The position numbers and the translations under genes are program-made. DNA of 64,000 nt from Acidobacteriota bacterium (GTDB lineage: Bacteria > Acidobacteriota > UBA6911), in assembly GCA_963664705.1 (NCBI GenBank), contig OY761556.1:64001-128000 (forward strand), in the 5' to 3' direction. The notes beneath the pieces are model-generated. The model did no database searches, had not been told where the DNA came from, and worked only from the letters and a program-made list of their open reading frames with translations. Positions 59,102 to 64,000 of this stretch are shown one piece after another; positions within the stretch are counted from its first letter, which is position 1; the number at the start of each line of letters is the position of its first letter.

Positions 59102-60982
59102 ATGAAAAGTCTTTTTGAGTCGATTGGAGACTACCAGATTGTTGAAAAGCTTGGCCGAGGCGGGATGGCGGATGTCTATCTTGCCATGAATCGAAAGAGC
59201 GGTCGACGGGTAGCTCTGAAACTGGTGGAACATGGCGCAGGCCCGGAAGCGCAGGAAGTTGTTGAGGCGGAGCGGCTCGGGGCTGAATTGCAGCAGCATA
59301 TAAGCCAGGCTGAACCCCGGGTCCCGGCGATTTATGCTTCGGGGGAGATTGACGGTTATTTCTTCATCGAAATGGAGTTTGTGGAAGGGAATGATCTCTC
59401 CTCTCTCATCGGGGCCGGAGACCTAAATTCGGGGGAGGCGGCCGCTTGGGCAAGGCAGTTGTGCGGCATTTTACGAGTGGCGCACGGGATGACGCTGCAG
59501 GTAGGGGGCCGCGAACTCCGGGCTATCGTGCACGGCGATATCAAGCCGAAAAATATCCGGATCGACACGCAAGGGGCCGTGCGAGTGCTGGATTTCGGGA
59601 TTGCCAAGGGGTTGTCGATCACGCGAAGGCTGACCAGCAATGTTTTTGGAAGCGTGGCCTATTCCTCTCCGGAGCGGCTCGATTCCGGAAGCATTGACGA
59701 AATGTCGGATCTCTGGGCAGTGGGCATTGTGCTCTATGAAATGGTGGAAGGGCGGCTTCCCTTTGAGGCTGCCACCAACGAAAGACTGGAGACCATCATC
59801 CGGTCGAGAAATTCGGTTCGACCCTTGAGAGATTCCTGCCCGATTGCCCTGCAGCAGATCATCTATAAGGCATTGGCCAGTTCGTCCGCAAGCCGTTACC
59901 AGAGCGCCACTGAGTTTGAGAGCGACCTGGAATTGTTTCTCGCGGGGAAGGAAACCCTGGCCGCGCAGGAGAATGAACAGACTCGGAGGACCGTACCTGT
60001 TGAGGATATCGAGACCAGGCGGTCCGTGCCGGAGGTAGAACACCACCCGGCCATGCAGCCGGCCCTGGTAACCGCAGCCAAAGCTGAAACGGGCCTGGAT
60101 CGCTTTTATAGGGAACTTCTGGAATATCTTTTCCGTTGGAGAAAGTGGATATTAACGGGAGGGATTGTTGTCTTTGCATGCCTGGGTACCTGGGAAGGCG
60201 TGGTTGCCCATACGGCTTCGCAATTGAAGCCCGATATCGTGTCCGGCCGATTGGATGTCGATAGTGCCTGGTCCAAATATATGAATGTGCGGGAACGCAG
60301 TATCCTTGGGTTGGCGACTCTATCGCTGCGCGCTCCGCTCCGTGATCTGCTGCTTCAAAACGGCGAGCGCGTCATTAATGACTATAGGAACAGCGACAAT
60401 CCAAAGGTCCAGGTGCGGGAAGGGGACTGGCTGCGATGCAAGCGGTACCTTCAGCGGGCGGTTCAGTTGGATTCAGGAGATCGCAAATCGACCGCTATGC
60501 TTGAATATGCAAACGGACAGATTGCCAGAATCAACCACAGGAATTCTGACGCATTGAATGCATTTCAGCATGCGGCCGAACTGCAGCCGAAATGGGCCGA
60601 TCCCTACCTGGGGCTGGCACGCACGTACATCTACAATCTTGGAGATTCGGATCGTGGGACCCAGGCTCTTGAGCGGGCTCAGGGCTTGGGCCACACTTTC
60701 GGAAAAAGGGAAATTGCCATGCTGGCAGAATCCCATCGAAAGCGGGGACTTCAGGGTGTGGAGAACGCCAAGCTTGTCGAAGGAACGGATCAGGAGAAGG
60801 AGCTTTTGAAGAAGGCGAAAAGCGACCTGGATGAGGCACTGAAGAACTACCTGCAGATCGCTCCGTGGGGTGATAGCACGGAGCAAATTCCGGAAGTCCA
60901 GGATTCCCTGGGGCGAGTCCAGATACGGCTGGATGAGTTGGAAAAACCGAATCCGATCCTTCCCTGGAACTGGTTTAAATAG
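59102..60982 (+). CDS. Hanks-type Ser/Thr kinase + TM + TPR
   Basis: LGRGGMA.V, VALK, HGDIKPKN, DFG, YSSPE, DLWAVG; TM; helical repeats. Confidence 0.92.
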   Translation: MKSLFESIGDYQIVEKLGRGGMADVYLAMNRKSGRRVALKLVEHGAGPEAQEVVEAERLGAELQQHISQAEPRVPAIYASGEIDGYFFIEMEFVEGNDLSSLIGAGDLNSGEAAAWARQLCGILRVAHGMTLQVGGRELRAIVHGDIKPKNIRIDTQGAVRVLDFGIAKGLSITRRLTSNVFGSVAYSSPERLDSGSIDEMSDLWAVGIVLYEMVEGRLPFEAATNERLETIIRSRNSVRPLRDSCPIALQQIIYKALASSSASRYQSATEFESDLELFLAGKETLAAQENEQTRRTVPVEDIETRRSVPEVEHHPAMQPALVTAAKAETGLDRFYRELLEYLFRWRKWILTGGIVVFACLGTWEGVVAHTASQLKPDIVSGRLDVDSAWSKYMNVRERSILGLATLSLRAPLRDLLLQNGERVINDYRNSDNPKVQVREGDWLRCKRYLQRAVQLDSGDRKSTAMLEYANGQIARINHRNSDALNAFQHAAELQPKWADPYLGLARTYIYNLGDSDRGTQALERAQGLGHTFGKREIAMLAESHRKRGLQGVENAKLVEGTDQEKELLKKAKSDLDEALKNYLQIAPWGDSTEQIPEVQDSLGRVQIRLDELEKPNPILPWNWFK

Positions 60983-61071
60983 GCTCTTGGCACGGCGGTA
61001 TGAAATACGCGAATTGCGGCAAAGGCAAGCGAGCGGAAGCGAATTCCGCGCATTCAAAAAAGAGAGCGTAA

Positions 61072-64000
61072 ATGGGAATTACTCGGAGTACCGCGGCGAC
61101 TCGCACGAATTCGAATCAAAGATCCGGGCGCGCGACGGAATTCTGGCTGCTATGCGCCGTTTCCGCCGTCATCCTTGTTGGACTGTACCTGGTATACAGC
61201 GTTCAATCCCGACAGATGGAGGAGGCTGTTTCCGTTGTCCATGGAGGCTCGCTTGTCAATCTGAACGAGATGGATTCATCCTCCCGGTTTCAGACCCTGA
61301 TTGATTTTTACGATACGCCGAAAGATCAGAGCTTTGCGATGCTGCGGGCGATGTCTTTTCTGCAGGATCGCGGCCGGATTGAGGGCATCGGGGAATTGCG
61401 GGAGATCCGCGTCTCCGCCAGCGATATTCAACGGACCCGCGGCCTTGTAAGTTTTCCCGAACGCCTGAAAAAAATCAGGGAAAACGGTCAGACCGAAGTG
61501 GACTCGATCCCCCTATTTACCTCTGCACAAATCAAGCAAATACGCGCGCAGGCCAGTGTCCGCACCAAAGAGGAGTACCATCGGCTGCTGTTTGTATATG
61601 CCGCGGTTTTTTTCCTCGGGTTTTATGCCCTTCATTTGGCCTGGCGGATTCGCGGCATTGGCGGCGATCAGCTGCTGCTGCCGGTTATTCACTTTTTATG
61701 CGGTACGGGCTTTCTGATGATGGTGAGGCTCCGGGACCCTTTGCGGGATGCCTTGCTTCTGCGCGATTTTGCCATAGGCGTGGGCTTTGGCTGCGTTCTT
61801 GCGTTCCTGGCAAGCCGTCCCGACTATGAGCGTTCCCCGCTGAAGCGGCTGGCATACGTACCGCTGCTGATCAGCTTCGGCCTTTCCGTCGTGCTCATTC
61901 TCTTTGGGTCGGGTCCTGGTTTGAGCGATGCCAAGGTCAATCTGCACCTGGGGCCGTTTGTATTGCAGCCGGTAGAGGCAATCAAGCTGTTGCTCATATT
62001 TTTTCTTGCAGGCTTTTTTGCCGATCGGTGGGAGTTCCTGCGCCAGCTCAGGCAATCGCCGGCATCCCTTCCGAGCGTTCTGCGCTGGCTGAAGATTCCC
62101 ATGTTGCGCTATTCCATGCCCATGATCATTGCGGTCTGCTTTGCCATTGTGTTCTTTTTCCTCGAAAAAGATCTGGGGCCGGCTCTGGTCATGGCAATTC
62201 TGTTCATCATACTGTACGCAACGGCTCGATCGCGGCTTGTCGGTGCTATTGCCGCATCTGCCACAATGATTGCCGCAGTTGCCATCGGATATGCCTATAA
62301 CGTGCCGCGAACGGTTTCTGCGCGACTTTCCATGTGGCTGACTCCCTGGGATAACTTTGTTCGACCTGGCGGCGATCATCTCGCCCAGTCGCTGTGGAGT
62401 TTCTCCACCGGGGGGCTTTTGGGAACAGGGCTCGGGCTTGGCGACCCGGGCGTGGTTCCGGCCGCGCACACCGATCTGATCCTGGCTGCGGTGGCGGAGG
62501 AGCTTGGATTTGTCGGGTTTCTTTGTGTCGTTATTGCCTATGCCATTCTCGTTTATCGCGCCCTTCGTATTTCGCTGACAGGCAGCGGGACGTACTCCCT
62601 GTTCCTTGGTCTTGCCGCCGCCCTGTTGCTTGGATTGCAGACCGCATTCATCGCCGCCGGGATTCTGGGGCTTGTGCCCCTCTCAGGTGTCGTGACGCCA
62701 TTCTTGAATTACGGTAAATCCTCCATGCTTGCGAATTTCGTCCTGCTGGGGATACTCATCTCAATTTCCAGGAGCGGTGGACAACAGCCGAATGAGGCTT
62801 TTCGCCGACAGTTTCGCTGGGCCACCGGATTCCTGGGGACTGTGGGCGTGTTGATACTGTTGCAGGCAGCGCGCGCCCAGATTGTGGATGCAGACCGATT
62901 GCTTGGTCGTGGAGCTCTGATACCGCAAGCCGACGGACATCGACGGTTTACCTATAACCCCCGCATCATGAATGCAGCTCGCAGCATTCCTCGCGGCACG
63001 ATCTATGATCGGAACGGTATCCCCCTTGCGACCGATTCCCCGGAATTGTTGAACTCTTTCAGTGCTCAGTATTCGCCGCTTCATATCGATGTAAAAGAAG
63101 TCCTGAAGCAGGGCCCCGGACGGCTGTACCCATTCGAGGCCGCTACCTTTCACCTGCTCGGGGATCTGCGGAGCCGGCTCAACTGGGGCGCGCAGAACTG
63201 TTCCTATATTGAGAGGGATTGGAATACGGTGCTCCAGGGATACGATGACCGGGCAACCGTGCTATATGTTTCGGATCGCCTTGGCGGACCGGTCCATGCG
63301 ACGATCCGGCGCGATTTCCGCGAACTCATACCGCTTGTCAGGTATCGATACCGGCCTGATAAGAAGGAAGTGAAAGAGATTCTGAACCGGGACCGGGATC
63401 TCCATCTTTCCATCGATGTCCGGATGCAGGTCCGACTTGCGTCGATCCTGGATAAGTATGTGCAGGCGGCAAAATCAGATAGTGGCGCTGCAGCCATCAT
63501 TGACCCTGCAACGGGAGACTTGCTGTCTTCCATTACCTATCCAAGGGAGGACGTGTGGAAAGCGCGACAGCCGGATATTGCGCCTGACGACATTCCGGAT
63601 GCGTCCACCCTGAAGGATAATCTGCTGGACCGCGTACGGTACGGGCTGTACCCGCCCGGGTCATCCTTCAAACTTGTTACTTCCATTGCGGCGCTGCAGA
63701 CACGACCCGATGCGGAAAGCGCTCGCTTTGAGTGCAGGCGTCTTCCGGATGGCCGTGTCGGGAATTACGTCCGAGGCTGGGGAAAGCCGATTCGCGATGA
63801 TGTGATGGATAAGGAACCGCATGGCAATGTGGATATGGCCAAGGGTCTGATCGCATCCTGTAATGCCTATTTCGCCCAGCTTGGGACTTATCTGGTCGGA
63901 GCGGAACCGCTTTTACGTACCGCGGACCTGTTTGGCATCCACGTTGCCGCTCCCAATACCGTGGCACAGCTCAAGGATGCATTGCCACAAGCGGCCTACG
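61072..64000 (+). CDS. FtsW/RodA (SEDS) - penicillin-binding transpeptidase fusion (runs off the window)
   Basis: Hand translation in one frame from ATG 61072: QPVEAIK, KDLGPA, GTGLG, PAAHTD...EELG, SGV.TPF.NYG.SS, then RGTIYDRNG, PPGSSFK (SxxK), SCN (SxN). Confidence 0.9.
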   Translation, partial: MGITRSTAATRTNSNQRSGRATEFWLLCAVSAVILVGLYLVYSVQSRQMEEAVSVVHGGSLVNLNEMDSSSRFQTLIDFYDTPKDQSFAMLRAMSFLQDRGRIEGIGELREIRVSASDIQRTRGLVSFPERLKKIRENGQTEVDSIPLFTSAQIKQIRAQASVRTKEEYHRLLFVYAAVFFLGFYALHLAWRIRGIGGDQLLLPVIHFLCGTGFLMMVRLRDPLRDALLLRDFAIGVGFGCVLAFLASRPDYERSPLKRLAYVPLLISFGLSVVLILFGSGPGLSDAKVNLHLGPFVLQPVEAIKLLLIFFLAGFFADRWEFLRQLRQSPASLPSVLRWLKIPMLRYSMPMIIAVCFAIVFFFLEKDLGPALVMAILFIILYATARSRLVGAIAASATMIAAVAIGYAYNVPRTVSARLSMWLTPWDNFVRPGGDHLAQSLWSFSTGGLLGTGLGLGDPGVVPAAHTDLILAAVAEELGFVGFLCVVIAYAILVYRALRISLTGSGTYSLFLGLAAALLLGLQTAFIAAGILGLVPLSGVVTPFLNYGKSSMLANFVLLGILISISRSGGQQPNEAFRRQFRWATGFLGTVGVLILLQAARAQIVDADRLLGRGALIPQADGHRRFTYNPRIMNAARSIPRGTIYDRNGIPLATDSPELLNSFSAQYSPLHIDVKEVLKQGPGRLYPFEAATFHLLGDLRSRLNWGAQNCSYIERDWNTVLQGYDDRATVLYVSDRLGGPVHATIRRDFRELIPLVRYRYRPDKKEVKEILNRDRDLHLSIDVRMQVRLASILDKYVQAAKSDSGAAAIIDPATGDLLSSITYPREDVWKARQPDIAPDDIPDASTLKDNLLDRVRYGLYPPGSSFKLVTSIAALQTRPDAESARFECRRLPDGRVGNYVRGWGKPIRDDVMDKEPHGNVDMAKGLIASCNAYFAQLGTYLVGAEPLLRTADLFGIHVAAPNTVAQLKDALPQAAY

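Noticed and set aside
60988-61003. TGGCAC sigma-54-like site before the SEDS-PBP gene
   Set aside because: The -12 element is TATGA, lacking the conserved GC

Overview
Gene-dense bacterial chromosomal window (~55 CDS). I saw no rRNA, tRNA, CRISPR or transposase. The gene content (wHTH-TPR regulator, SEDS-PBP fusion cluster, heptamer intergenic repeats, Hdr/Mvh redox genes) suggests an anaerobic or facultative diderm, possibly Acidobacteriota; this is inference only. The main feature is a ~13.5 kb operon (15594-29065) behind a textbook sigma-54 promoter. It joins a split glutamate-synthase-like enzyme (GATase+GXGXG subunit, one intact and one degenerate FMN/Fe-S subunit, no GltD) with a giant HdrA/HdrL flavoprotein, two MvhD subunits, MetF, MetV and a tandem Cys4 protein. 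Directly upstream is an enhancer-binding protein whose sensor is a Walker-A-less KaiC/RecA-like domain, and a second sigma-54 operon, glnK-amtB, lies nearby. This is a candidate flavin-bifurcating or C1-coupled nitrogen-assimilation system. Other notable items: a Tat-exported 2Fe-2S subunit with a consensus C2H2 zinc finger and no Mo subunit nearby; an Actinobacteria-like FHA/PP2C/Ser-Thr kinase/RodA-PBP fusion cluster; a TPAT (TatT-DctP-DctQM) transporter followed by an acyl-CoA ligase; orphan ubiX-lpdD; tandem lipoprotein paralogs each preceded by a variable heptamer array. All family calls come from motif recognition by eye; no database searches were run.
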